Source of the DNA: Naegleria gruberi
Taxonomy: Eukaryota
Assembly: GCA_000004985.1 (NCBI GenBank)
Contig: GG738912.1
Strand: one strand, 5' to 3'
DNA: 64,000 bases
Positions 54,101 through 63,443 of the stretch are shown here, in pieces (position 1 is the first letter of the stretch; each line of letters opens with the position of its first letter). Below the pieces are notes generated by a model. That model did no database searches, had not been told where the DNA came from, and saw only the letters and a program-made list of their open reading frames with translations. The position numbers were made by a program, and so were the translations under genes.

Positions 54101-55297
54101 ACGAACAATTTCATAAACTTTCATAGCCAATTCAAGAGAAATAAATCCACATCCATCGGTGAAAAGTCCCTCATCATTAATAACAGTGTATTCTGAAACT
54201 CCAATAGTAGGAATAACAGGAGTATTAAATAAAGCCAGTCTTAAACTTTGCTTTAATTTGTTATTCTCAAAATAAAGATCCCTGTTCAATGTATCTGGAA
54301 TGGCCCATGTTTTTACATCATGTATTGATAGGGAAGAATTGTTTGGAAGTTTGGAAAGATCAGGACACATGTAAATAAATCGATAAGAATGCATTCCACT
54401 CGTATTTTGACACAGTTTCTGGAATGTAAATCCAGCAATATGTAAAGGCTCTTCTCTTTCTATATATGGCTCTATTAGCCTGAATGATTGGTTATCCATT
54501 AACACTCTGCTAATGTGCTTTTGGTCTTTCATTAATTTCAATGTTTCCTCATCGAATTTTCCTTCCTTGAATTGATTTAAATATTGTCTCAATAATACTA
54601 TATCTCCATGATCCTCTGATTTTGATTCCATAGCCACTTGATCCTTCAATTCAATATTATTTAAAATTTCAGGGTGCTCTCCAGTAGATTCAAGAATCAT
54701 TTGAGATTTGAAACCCATTCTCAAAAAGCTAAATCCAACATTCAACACTGTATTCACACCAAATTTTTGTCTAAACCTACTCTGTAGCCATCTATCTTGT
54801 TGTGAGCTGTTGAATCGAATGGCAAGAATGGGTGATATCTTTGGTTTGTAAAAACAATATAAGGTTGCTGTTCTAGTCCTAAACATTGTCTCTGATTCGT
54901 CCAATTCTTCTGTTGTTTGCTTACTTGGAGATGAAAGGTTTAAATTCTGATGATCCTCTTCCTTCTCTGTTATTGTTGCTAACAACCACCGATGAAGAGC
55001 CTCTAATCCTATCGGATAGGCAATCACTGCCATCCTAGAAACTCTCTTTAATATTTCATAGCGATCGACGAAGGACATTCCACAATACTTTTCCCCTCTC
55101 ACATTTTTGAAATTAAATTCCAAATATTTGGTACAATCATCAAAATTTCTAATGATCGGAATGGATTCAATCATGTAATAAGTTGCCAATAAATCCTTTA
55201 CGTAATTTTCATCTTGTCTATTCATAAACTTTAACTCTTCAAGTTGTTGAATCTTTTCAAGCTTTGAGAACCCAGAAACAAAAGACAATACGGACAT
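51143..55297 (-). CDS. Eukaryotic cellular RNA-dependent RNA polymerase (RDR family, about 930 aa) fused to a C-terminal array of Sel1-like (TPR-like) repeats, about 450 aa.
   Basis: RdRP catalytic motifs …IVTKEPCLHRGDLRKLEAV… and …AGSDLDGDQYFACWD…. The C-terminus has at least 6 Sel1-type units (e.g. NSNAQYSLGMIYMYGLDKVVPKNIKLAHSWLLKAAQQQNSDAELALGKLL, AIIWYLKAVESDVKNSEALFRLGYLY). Single 1384-codon ORF. Confidence 0.8.
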   Translation of the reverse strand: MSVLSFVSGFSKLEKIQQLEELKFMNRQDENYVKDLLATYYMIESIPIIRNFDDCTKYLEFNFKNVRGEKYCGMSFVDRYEILKRVSRMAVIAYPIGLEALHRWLLATITEKEEDHQNLNLSSPSKQTTEELDESETMFRTRTATLYCFYKPKISPILAIRFNSSQQDRWLQSRFRQKFGVNTVLNVGFSFLRMGFKSQMILESTGEHPEILNNIELKDQVAMESKSEDHGDIVLLRQYLNQFKEGKFDEETLKLMKDQKHISRVLMDNQSFRLIEPYIEREEPLHIAGFTFQKLCQNTSGMHSYRFIYMCPDLSKLPNNSSLSIHDVKTWAIPDTLNRDLYFENNKLKQSLRLALFNTPVIPTIGVSEYTVINDEGLFTDGCGFISLELAMKVYEIVRKSKNLLKYQSKQSMDEDGIYEENDGVEFLVNEYLPCAYQIRFRGAKGMVYIHPNAEKVYGHHLVLRKSMMKIEHPNTDDDIINNLCIVGYSSPCDFARINSTIMHILEGCEDETKQGKIFEILNQKACKHIENLMKNYISESDIDKVFDQYVKQGDYASLNVLSILKSKKLAFLTGPYRNQILSLRIPCYSSRRLYGIADPFGVLKEGQIFIQVSSLNDPKKKNVIENTVIVTKEPCLHRGDLRKLEAVNIPELNFLYDVIVFPTKGSRPITNMIAGSDLDGDQYFACWDNELVESLVEFDPGSFDDDYNETRSFDPDIFKDLIGIRHLFADFYGNQWSRKYWNNMERLCTLINRAIDAPKKGNYSVAVNAQDLELLEKFPGFPHYHKNKHGPLRRSVSLVGKLYDSMQLLVSQKLEFKDPNSQIARVDDRQHLITFIKYKIANIFKNNTKPNDYQKRMEDIYKELFQTIFKQINKKKQRVQMVSEMMDLFWRFFVLFLKDKEVHIISLNSSLKSVTQFGLKMGHLIKDKSRFILIPNFSSHILEMEKSEQNNYTLYSLVLNNDSQKRKLISYFIEDAQRRNQYEMNVNTLEMEGVEYGVLYSASQLDMILEVSNDKGEKLFQQAIHYSKTNNTETFELFKKVYDSNYIPAINYVASMLEDGDNGISSNELLAFKLYQKALDLSKQKLSTITTDILVSGEHIILGNNMNLKRMEIDEEYRKLIFREAEIISTHIEALRNVARMFFNKGNYQEAHELYLEASTKFNDSDSQYDIGEMYELGDGVLLDKHEAIIWYLKAVESDVKNSEALFRLGYLYKELKDNQKAWDYYQKAAELGNNEAQYEVACIYHHTLNIIQTPNYSLAFEWYCKSANQGNSNAQYSLGMIYMYGLDKVVPKNIKLAHSWLLKAAQQQNSDAELALGKLLCETDVTQGTLWLLKAAKNGNQEARGYFGEQYNHFSAIEFEYEKQSLTRVPTFVSKPKRNRKN

Positions 55298-55479
55298 TTT
55301 TTTCTGGGTTTAAAATCAAAATTGAACTCACAACAAAAACAAGGATTGCAAAGGGTTTAGCATTAAATTTATTGTAAAAACAAATATCAACTTGGAATTA
55401 CTAGATACGTGTACCAATTCTCTGATCTACCTTTTATGAGATTAGCTGTCTATGAACTCTCTCAAATCTAAATCAGTAA

Positions 55480-56667
55480 TTACCACCAAAATACTATGTC
55501 AGTATTAGTCTGTTTGGAAAATTCATCACTAATTTTGTTTCCACTCACGTCTAATAATTGTAAATTCTTCATTTGTGTGATTGCCTTAAGTCCTTCATCC
55601 GTTATTTCATTGTTATTTACATATAAAATAGATAATTTCTCTAATTCACTAATGTAGTGTGCTCCTTCGTCTTGAATATCATTGAGTGAAATATCTAGTT
55701 CAGTTACGCGTTGCATTTTGCTGATAAATTTTGCTCCAGTTGGGCCAATTTCGCAATTATTGATCAAAAGTGTTGTCAATTGTTCAAGTTCACCGATTGA
55801 TTCTGCTCCTTGTTGTCCAATTAAATTGAAACCAACATTGATAAATGTCAAGCCTTTCAGTTGGCTAATTGAATTGGCTCCTTCCTCTCCAATTCCATTA
55901 CTACTAACATCTAGTTTGGTTAAATTCTTCATATGGCTTATTGAATACATTCCTTCATCACCAATGTTATTGCTGCCAATGAAAAGCTCTCTTAATTGAT
56001 CTAATTGTGCAATGAGTTCTGCTCCTTGTATTCCAAGATCATTATCATTAATTCTGAGAGAGGTTAAATTTCTCATCCCACTAACTACCTCCACATCCAA
56101 ACATTTGAGCTTAGTGTATGACATGTCCAGAATAGTCAATTGCTTCATATCTTTAATTTTACAAACTGATTCAAAACTAAATCTATTTCCAGAAACATTA
56201 AGTTCTTTCAATTGCTTCATTTGTGAAATTACACTGATTTCTCTATCAGAAATTTTACAAAACACAACATGAAGCCTCCTTAAATGCTCGCATCGTGCAA
56301 TGCTCTCTATTGCATCAATAGTTATTTCATTCTTGTTATTAATAACAAGAGAATTCAGCCTTTGTGCCATTTCAATTCCATTCCAAAATCTTTCATTCTG
56401 AATTCTTGCTCTGACTTCAATATTCGTAAAATATGATAACCATTCAAAATGTTCAATATTAGAATGTCTATTAATTATTACTATTGAAAGAATCGATCGT
56501 TCCCTAATTACATTCATCCATTGTTTAGAAATTAATAAACAATTCTTCAATAGGAATTTGTGATCCGCGTCTACAAAGGAGAGAATTTCAAAAATTACAT
56601 CATCAGAAAATAATTCTTGATGTTGTGATTTGATGCGGGTGGAATCTTCTACGTGATTGTTGAGCAT
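55480..56667 (-). CDS. F-box-like + RNI-type leucine-rich-repeat protein; the full-length paralog of the 10540 gene.
   Basis: The N-terminus …VIFEILSFVDADHKFLLKNCLLISKQWMNVIRERS is F-box-like. About 12 LRR units follow with an LxxLxIxxNxIGxEGAxxIS pattern. aaaaaaaATG context. Confidence 0.6.
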   Translation of the reverse strand: MLNNHVEDSTRIKSQHQELFSDDVIFEILSFVDADHKFLLKNCLLISKQWMNVIRERSILSIVIINRHSNIEHFEWLSYFTNIEVRARIQNERFWNGIEMAQRLNSLVINNKNEITIDAIESIARCEHLRRLHVVFCKISDREISVISQMKQLKELNVSGNRFSFESVCKIKDMKQLTILDMSYTKLKCLDVEVVSGMRNLTSLRINDNDLGIQGAELIAQLDQLRELFIGSNNIGDEGMYSISHMKNLTKLDVSSNGIGEEGANSISQLKGLTFINVGFNLIGQQGAESIGELEQLTTLLINNCEIGPTGAKFISKMQRVTELDISLNDIQDEGAHYISELEKLSILYVNNNEITDEGLKAITQMKNLQLLDVSGNKISDEFSKQTNTDIVFWW

Positions 56668-58005
56668 TTTTTTTTAATTTTTTTAAAAAAACATTAATGG
56701 AAATTTCAGAGACCAAATAACTTGAACGATCAAAGGCAGAATCTACAACTGAGAATGACTTGGTTTGAGAATCGTATCCAGTGGCCAAAACGAAATGTTC
56801 AGTCTTCTTTCCAGGTGGTTTGATTAGTTTCAAGATGACCATTCTTCCTTCACACAAGTTTCGAATAGTTACAGACATGTCAGTGGTTATCCCTGAGAAT
56901 TTCACACCAAATTGTTTGTTAATGGATGCCCAGATAAATAAGTTTCCATCCTTGAAACCACGATTTTTCTTCAACCATTCGTTCATTTCTTTTGGTGTCC
57001 ATTCGGTTCTTCCCAAACCTTTCAATCCAGAAGTAATGGCCGAAAGAAGACAACCAGCTTTACAAATTGTTGAACTTCCACTTCCTAATTTGAGAGATCC
57101 CCATCTTGTATCACATTGCTTAAAGACTGTGAATTGAGTATGAACATATCCTGGATAACATTCCTTTTTTGGAGGATTAGGTTTTATGGATATTTCTGGT
57201 TTTGGAGGAATTGGAATAGGTCTTGGAGATTCTTGTGGAATTGGAACAGGATTAGGTCTAGGAGAAGGTCTAGGATCTGGATGTGGTTTAGGAGAAGGAA
57301 CTGGTGGCACAGGTTTTGGTGATTCATGTGGCACTGGTGGAACAGGTTTTGGTGAAGGGATTGGATTTGGAGGAATTGGCTTTGGTGAAGGAATTGGAAT
57401 TGGTGGAGTTGGAGGATTCGGTTGGGGTGGATTTGGAATTGGTGGGACTGGATTTGGACTGGAGGAATTGGAATAGGTCTTGGTCCTCTACAACATGGTC
57501 TGGCACAGTTGTTTCCTTGTTGTGGAATTTTCAAATCCAAATTGACATTGACGTTTTGTCTACTTCCTCCATTGGAAGATGCTGAGCTGGAGGAAGAAGC
57601 AGAGGCAGATGCAGGTTGTTGGATAATGATTGTTTGAGGAGGTGGTATAATTGGTTTAATCATTGGAACATTGAGAATGATATTTTGAGGAGGGAAGAAA
57701 CACTTAGGTTTCTTGCAAGGTTTAGTTGGTTTTCTAATTGGTTTCTTACATGGTTTCTTTGGTTTCTTTCCAATCACATGGACAATAAATCCAGGACTCT
57801 TGTTATTTCTACACTTGAGTCTTCTAATATTGGATCTAATCTTTCGAGATTTGGACGAAATTCTTTCAGTGTCCAAAGTAATCACTTGGACACTTCTTCT
57901 TTCATGATTTGCTGAGTCGCTTGCCAACACAGCAGCACTAAAGAAACAAATTAACAATAGTGTGGCCAACAAGAAAGCTGTTTTCACAATCAAATTGCTG
58001 AACAT
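56603..58005 (-). CDS. Secreted protein with a signal peptide, a Lys/Pro-rich basic region, a Pro-rich linker, and a C-terminal papain-like (NlpC/P60 / CHAP / C39-like) cysteine-peptidase-fold domain. The reading frame is interrupted by a -1 frameshift near 57455-57475 in a CCA/CCT repeat.
   Basis: ORF 57184..58104 has signal peptide MFSNLIVKTAFLLATLLLICFFSAAVLA and KKPKKPCKKPIRKPTKPCKKPKC. ORF 56603..57486 in the -1 frame continues the Pro-rich linker (…PNPVPPIPNPPQPNPPTPPIPIP…) into a domain with candidate catalytic Cys (STICKAGCLLSA) and His (EHFVLATGYD). The two frames overlap 57184-57486 and no splice signal is present, so this is an assembly indel or a pseudogene. Confidence 0.45.
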
Positions 58006-58223
58006 TTTTTTGATGGTTTTGGTCAATTGGCTTGAATCTCCTAGAAGAAATAGGTTTCGAATGGTTGAGTAGTTTCTGATATCATCACAGAAACCTTGAC
58101 TCACTGATTCCTAGGTCTCTACAGGTATTGCAACTTTACAAAACATGTCAGGTCAAGCTTTGTTCCTGATAGTTCAGGGTTTATGCAAAAAAGGAAATGG
58201 AACTTTCGTTTATTCTTTGAAAA

Positions 58224-59360
58224 TTATTGGTTGGAAATATTAGAGCATGTGGACAAACAGCGATTATCATCCCCATCTTCGTTGATAGTTGTCATTGGTG
58301 TGGAAGTTTGAATCTGTAGTTGACCTTCCTCAACATTAACTGAACTTGAAATATTACTATTTGCATTATCATGATCAATTAAATGTTTCAATACCACCTT
58401 TCTGATTTGGAAGAGCACAAACCATGATAATCTTATCATGACCAATACCAAGGAAATCTTGATAGTTTCTCCTGGTAAGAATGGAACTAAACCCTTCTCA
58501 ATTCCCTTAGAGAGTCCAAGATTTGGCACTCCGAATGCCAACCATCCACATCCAAATACAAATGTAACAGCATTCGATAGACACAACATGAGGAGATTCA
58601 TCATGATGGTACGATCTGAAGCCATTTTGGAGCAAAACCAACCACAAATCAGTGCACTAAAGACAAAACCAATGAGGAAACCACTACTACTCGACTGGAA
58701 CAAGACCAGATTTCCATGTGTTTGATTGGAAAACCAAGGAATATCAAGAACAGAACCACAGAATAAATAGAGGAGAATACTGAGTGGAGCAATGACAAAA
58801 CCAGTTAAGGAGCCAAGCCACAAGACACCAAAAGTTTGTCCAGTGATTGGAACGGCACTAATGGAGGAAGGGAGTGAAATGGAAATTTGAGCACAAACTC
58901 CCATCAAGCATGCTCCAAAGATAACCAACAACATGTTGGAAATGAAGGGAACGACAGCATTGGAAACGATTGTTTTCAAAAGTGGATGGCATGTGCCAAG
59001 TTTCAAATGCCACTTTTTTACAAGATCAAATCTTCTCTCACTCTTGATAAGAATGAGATCAAAAACTGAACGCATGAGTGCCATGTATGCATCCAAGAAT
59101 GAAGGATACCAACTTGGGTTGACCAAGATTTTCACAGGAGGTTCCTCTTCAACCATTGGTGTAGAAGTGCTGCCAATTCTACCAATTGAGTGGTCTTGTC
59201 CTCTTCTTCTTCTAATCTGTGATATATTTTCAGATTCAATGGTGAGATGTTGCTGAGAAACTTTATATCCAAGCTTTCTTTCAATTTCCTTGCCCAAATC
59301 ATCAATTCTGCTTGACGATTCAAATGACTCACCAAGTGGGGACACTACAAGATATTGCAT
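58224..59360 (-). CDS. BioY-family (biotin ECF-transporter S-component-like) membrane protein with a ~150-aa N-terminal hydrophilic extension.
   Basis: …ISAVPITGQTFGVLWLGSLTGFVIAPLSILLYLFCGSVLDIPWFS… matches the BioY core (VPITLQTLAVLLAG…LLYLLLGAIGLPVF). About 6 TM segments. True ATG at 59360 (aaaaacaccATG); the ORF-track start is TTG. Confidence 0.5.
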   Translation of the reverse strand: MQYLVVSPLGESFESSSRIDDLGKEIERKLGYKVSQQHLTIESENISQIRRRRGQDHSIGRIGSTSTPMVEEEPPVKILVNPSWYPSFLDAYMALMRSVFDLILIKSERRFDLVKKWHLKLGTCHPLLKTIVSNAVVPFISNMLLVIFGACLMGVCAQISISLPSSISAVPITGQTFGVLWLGSLTGFVIAPLSILLYLFCGSVLDIPWFSNQTHGNLVLFQSSSSGFLIGFVFSALICGWFCSKMASDRTIMMNLLMLCLSNAVTFVFGCGWLAFGVPNLGLSKGIEKGLVPFLPGETIKISLVLVMIRLSWFVLFQIRKVVLKHLIDHDNANSNISSSVNVEEGQLQIQTSTPMTTINEDGDDNRCLSTCSNISNQ

Positions 59361-59733
59361 GGTGTTTTTTTTGTATTGTTTTTCTCTCAAGATCTTGTGA
59401 GGAGAGAACTCGAAGCTCAATAGAATTTGATTCTTCTAAGTGTTTGGGGAGACCGAAATATTCGGAAGTTTTGAAAAGATCCGTTTAATGTGTAAGCAAT
59501 TCTGAACCTTCTTTAAGGATTTTTAATAATCACGAACGACTCCCCGAATACAATATGGTTTCACACATTGTAAATTTAACAGAGTTACGAATATTAAATT
59601 ATAATTAATCTAATTAATAATAAAGCATCAATATATTGCTAACTAGATTGCTAATCAATCATGCATGGATTTGAAACTAGATCCAATATCTATCACGTAA
59701 ATATTCAAAACTCATTAATAAAACATGAATTGT

Positions 59734-61437
59734 TTAATAACGTGAGGTGGTGAAGCCATCATCCTCATTGAGCATTCTAAGCTTGTACTTTTGATATTCT
59801 TTTCCCATTTTGAATCTAGTGTAGGTATCTTTCATGACATGTTCAATTTCTGTGAGTGCTTCCTTGTAGAGGAGTACTACATTGGCAACATTATCAAAAT
59901 CAGTGTCAAATTCATCTTTGAATTTGGCCAATAATTTGCTTGGAAGATTTAACTGGTAGACTGAAGTGGATGGAATGAATAATTGGTAGAGTTTCAGAGC
60001 TAGGGCTCTTTGTTCTTCTTCTGATAAAAAGATTGAATTCAAAAATTTCAAAACTTCCTCATAAAAGATAATATTCTCTTGTGAATATTCATCTTTGGAG
60101 AAGGTTTTGAATTGTTCTCTCATGTAGGTGTCTCTTAAAAATTCTGAGAGTGAGGATCTACGAGATGTGGAAGGAAGATCAGCAGATGGAGTTTTTTTAG
60201 CAAAACTGAATCTTCTTGGAGATTCGAATAACTCTTCATCTGAATCTTTAGAGTTAGGGATTGGGTTTTCATTTCTGTTAAGTACAGAAAATTGGATTTC
60301 AAATGGTTCACTAATTTCAACAACTGTTGATTTTGCAGAATTAATTTCTGATTCGTGATTCATTAGATTGTTAAAATTCAACTTTGGAATAATGAGCTGA
60401 TTGAGCATAAGGGTATTTCTTCTACTCTTTCGGTTAATGTTGAATGAATGGGATTTGTTAGGAGGTGTTAAATTATCCACAATGGGACTACTTGAGCTAG
60501 AACTAGTACTAGCTCTGGCTGATCTGATATAACCAATTGGGAGTTCATGTTCATCATATTCATCTTCACTTTCCTCTGCTTCTTTAACTTCTTTACTTTC
60601 GTGAACTTTCTTCAAGTTAAGTGATAAGGCAAGTGAAATTGACTTTCTGAAAGAATTGGAATGTGAACTATTAGCTTCCAATTTGGAAGTTGGGGTTGAT
60701 GGTGTTTGGATTTTGGCCGAGTAATCATTTCTAAAATCAGACTCTGCTTGTTTCAAATTTTTACAAAGTCCATAAAATGAATTATTGGAATCTTTGAATT
60801 GTTTCTTGTGAGTCATGTGGAAAATAAATTTGTAATTCAACAAGATTTGACAAAAGCATTGACTGAATAGTCTAATCTCATCGGATTGAGAAAGTCCAAA
60901 CCCATTATTTGACTCCACAATTGTCTCTGCCTTAATGATCTGACTAATCAATAATGTTGAATCCTTTCCTGTGAAACTTTCCTTAAAAGACTTGAGTAAA
61001 TATCTATTATCTTTCACTGAAATTTCAGAGTGGAATTGTTTAGCAAGGTCAATAATAAATTCCACGGAAAGAACCTTCTTTGATAGGCAAAAATCCACAA
61101 AGCTAGTCAAATGGTTTCTCTTTCTTTTCAATAATTGATTGGATGAATGTTTTCTTGGTGAAAGAGGTGTCATTGGACTTGTCATTGGTGACTCAACAAT
61201 CAATGGATTACTGGCAGATGATTTTGGAGAAGTATTTGGAGATGAGAAGAGAGAATCGTCATCATCCTTCAAATAACCACAAAAATCCTCATAAAATCTC
61301 ACAAGACAATTATGATGACTTGTTGATTGGTCGATCAAATCTGTCAATTTTGTAACAACTGACAATTCATTGGTTGCAGAGTCCTGAGCAGGATCTTCCT
61401 CATGCATTTGTGTTCCGTTATTCTTGTTTTTGTTCAT
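59734..61437 (-). CDS. Protein with an S/N-rich N-terminus and a C-terminal RGS (regulator of G-protein signalling) domain.
   Basis: The C-terminal …LSEFLRDTYMREQFKTFSKDEYSQENIIFYEEVLKF…LKLYQLFI…DTYTRF… fits the RGS-box consensus (F..FL..E.S.ENI.FW..V..F / Y.RF). True ATG at 61437. Confidence 0.65.
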   Translation of the reverse strand: MNKNKNNGTQMHEEDPAQDSATNELSVVTKLTDLIDQSTSHHNCLVRFYEDFCGYLKDDDDSLFSSPNTSPKSSASNPLIVESPMTSPMTPLSPRKHSSNQLLKRKRNHLTSFVDFCLSKKVLSVEFIIDLAKQFHSEISVKDNRYLLKSFKESFTGKDSTLLISQIIKAETIVESNNGFGLSQSDEIRLFSQCFCQILLNYKFIFHMTHKKQFKDSNNSFYGLCKNLKQAESDFRNDYSAKIQTPSTPTSKLEANSSHSNSFRKSISLALSLNLKKVHESKEVKEAEESEDEYDEHELPIGYIRSARASTSSSSSSPIVDNLTPPNKSHSFNINRKSRRNTLMLNQLIIPKLNFNNLMNHESEINSAKSTVVEISEPFEIQFSVLNRNENPIPNSKDSDEELFESPRRFSFAKKTPSADLPSTSRRSSLSEFLRDTYMREQFKTFSKDEYSQENIIFYEEVLKFLNSIFLSEEEQRALALKLYQLFIPSTSVYQLNLPSKLLAKFKDEFDTDFDNVANVVLLYKEALTEIEHVMKDTYTRFKMGKEYQKYKLRMLNEDDGFTTSRY

Positions 61438-61886
61438 TCTCTGTATCACTGTGATTGCAAAATTGTGATATCGTTAGGAAGGAAAAATTGTTGTAATCTA
61501 AATTTTGTTGATGATTATAATCCCTCGGCTTAGAAGGGTTTATTATTCGAAACTTACGTTAGTGTTGTGTGGTTTGCTGTGTGTGTGGATCAGAAACAAA
61601 TGGTCTCGAAAGACTCTTTTGTTGTTGTGTGAGGAGTGAGAGGGAGGTTTGTGGTGTTTTTTTTCAAAATCAAAAAACGTTTCGATGAAAAAACATGTGA
61701 AATTCATGCTTGGGTGAATGTTGATGATTAATGTGATGTTTTTGAAAGTTATGCATGAAGACGAAAGGACCAAATCACCGGACTCTTGGAGTTAATTAAA
61801 CATTTGGAAAGTAGCAACAAGCATTATTGTGCAAATGGCCGAAATGTTTAGAATAATACATAAGAATTTATCCTCTTACTTCATTT

Positions 61887-63443
61887 CTAATGAGTACTTT
61901 CAAATATTACTTTGGGTTTCTTAGATTTTGATTGTACATAAAGGATGCCATCTGTATCAAGTCCAAACGTGAGTGAAATATTACTAGAAGATAACTCTGT
62001 TATCTCAGTAATCTTTACAATTCCAATCAGCTCATTATCACTTGCTTTTTTCGAATCACCTTCATATATTTTGAGTGAAACTGCTTTCTTTTGATTGTTT
62101 GGATTTGGCGGGAGGGAGAATTCTCTTTCTGAACTACAGGGAATGGAATTGTCCTTTTTAAGGAGTATCATTAAATCTCCTCCTATACTAATCTCACATC
62201 CAATGTTTCGGCTTGTAACTTCAATGAGGAGAAGATCTTTTTCAAAATTTGCTAATATACCACCTTGGATAGCAGCTCCAAAAACAACTGGATTTGGATA
62301 AATAGGTCTTGGATGGATGGATTTACAAAAATAGGTTGTAATGAGTTGTTTTAGTTTTGGTATTTCACATCCTCCTCCAATAATTATTGCATCGGCTATT
62401 TCTTCCTTGGAACAATTTGCTCTTCGAATGACCTTATCAGCAAGGGATAAACATTTTGAAAAGAAATCAGTATTCAAATCCTCAAATTTAGAACGAGTTA
62501 GCACAATCTCAAAATCAATTCCATCCATTAGTGATTTGATAGATAGTTGTGTTTGCAATTCAGTAGATAATTTCTTCTTGGCTTCCTCGCATGCAACTTG
62601 CATCTTCCTCATTGAAACAGGATTCTCCTGTAGTCGTTTCTTGAATAATTTATAAAATTCCTCACAACAATAGCTCACTAAACTTTCGTCTAGCTTTGCA
62701 CCACCATGGTTAGGGAGACCATCACTACTTTTTGTATCCACAACTCCATTGTCCACCAAGAACACTGAAGCAGAGCATCCTGACCTTCCCAAATCAAATA
62801 CGAAAACCCTCTTTTCCCCTCTGTATTTCCAAATATACTGGAAGCAAGCTGCAGATGTATCATGAACGAGTCTACTGTTTGTCACTCCAATACTTTCCAC
62901 GACTTTCTTCATTTCAATTCTCTGATGATTCGAAAAGTAATTCGGAATTGAAACCACCAAATCCGTCACTGCTCGTTTCAAATATCTTTCAGCATCCTCC
63001 TTCAATTGTTTAAGAATTAATCCAATCATTTCATTAACAGATATTTCCTCATACTCCTCCTCTTTACAAACACTCAAACGAATTGTCTTGTCCTGCTTTC
63101 TAATAATTCTGAATGGCCACTCATTACTTTTCAATATTAATTCGTCATCTTCATCATCACAAGCCTTTCCAATTAATTGTTTAAAATCCCAGAATAAACA
63201 ATATGGATCCTCCGATTTACTATAAAACTCCAAAGCCTCCTCTCCAATTAATATTCTACTATTACTCATAGATGAGTCATCCAATAATGAAGAGGAAGAA
63301 ACAAAGGCTATACACGTTGGAGTTTCATAATTTCCCAATTTATTTGGAATGTATTCAACATGATCTTCGAGATAGACAGCCACTCGACAATGTGATCCTC
63401 CGAAATCAATGGCAACAATTCCGTGATTGAGATGAGAAAACAT
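61887..63443 (-). CDS. Divergent Hsp70-like protein (D).
   Basis: VAIDFGGSHCRVAV (phosphate-1), VFVFDLGRSGCSASVFLV (DLGGGTFD-like) and AIIIGGGCEIPKL (VGGSTRIP-like). True ATG at 63443 (aaaaaaaATG). Confidence 0.6.
   Translation of the reverse strand: MFSHLNHGIVAIDFGGSHCRVAVYLEDHVEYIPNKLGNYETPTCIAFVSSSSLLDDSSMSNSRILIGEEALEFYSKSEDPYCLFWDFKQLIGKACDDEDDELILKSNEWPFRIIRKQDKTIRLSVCKEEEYEEISVNEMIGLILKQLKEDAERYLKRAVTDLVVSIPNYFSNHQRIEMKKVVESIGVTNSRLVHDTSAACFQYIWKYRGEKRVFVFDLGRSGCSASVFLVDNGVVDTKSSDGLPNHGGAKLDESLVSYCCEEFYKLFKKRLQENPVSMRKMQVACEEAKKKLSTELQTQLSIKSLMDGIDFEIVLTRSKFEDLNTDFFSKCLSLADKVIRRANCSKEEIADAIIIGGGCEIPKLKQLITTYFCKSIHPRPIYPNPVVFGAAIQGGILANFEKDLLLIEVTSRNIGCEISIGGDLMILLKKDNSIPCSSEREFSLPPNPNNQKKAVSLKIYEGDSKKASDNELIGIVKITEITELSSSNISLTFGLDTDGILYVQSKSKKPKVIFESTH

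Noticed and set aside
57186-57637. Gly-rich plus-strand ORFs (57186..57476, 57304..57585, 57422..57637) and minus-strand ORF 57324..57506.
   Set aside because: They are antisense or alternate-frame translations of the CCA/CCT proline-codon repeat of the secreted peptidase-like gene. They are low-complexity artefacts.
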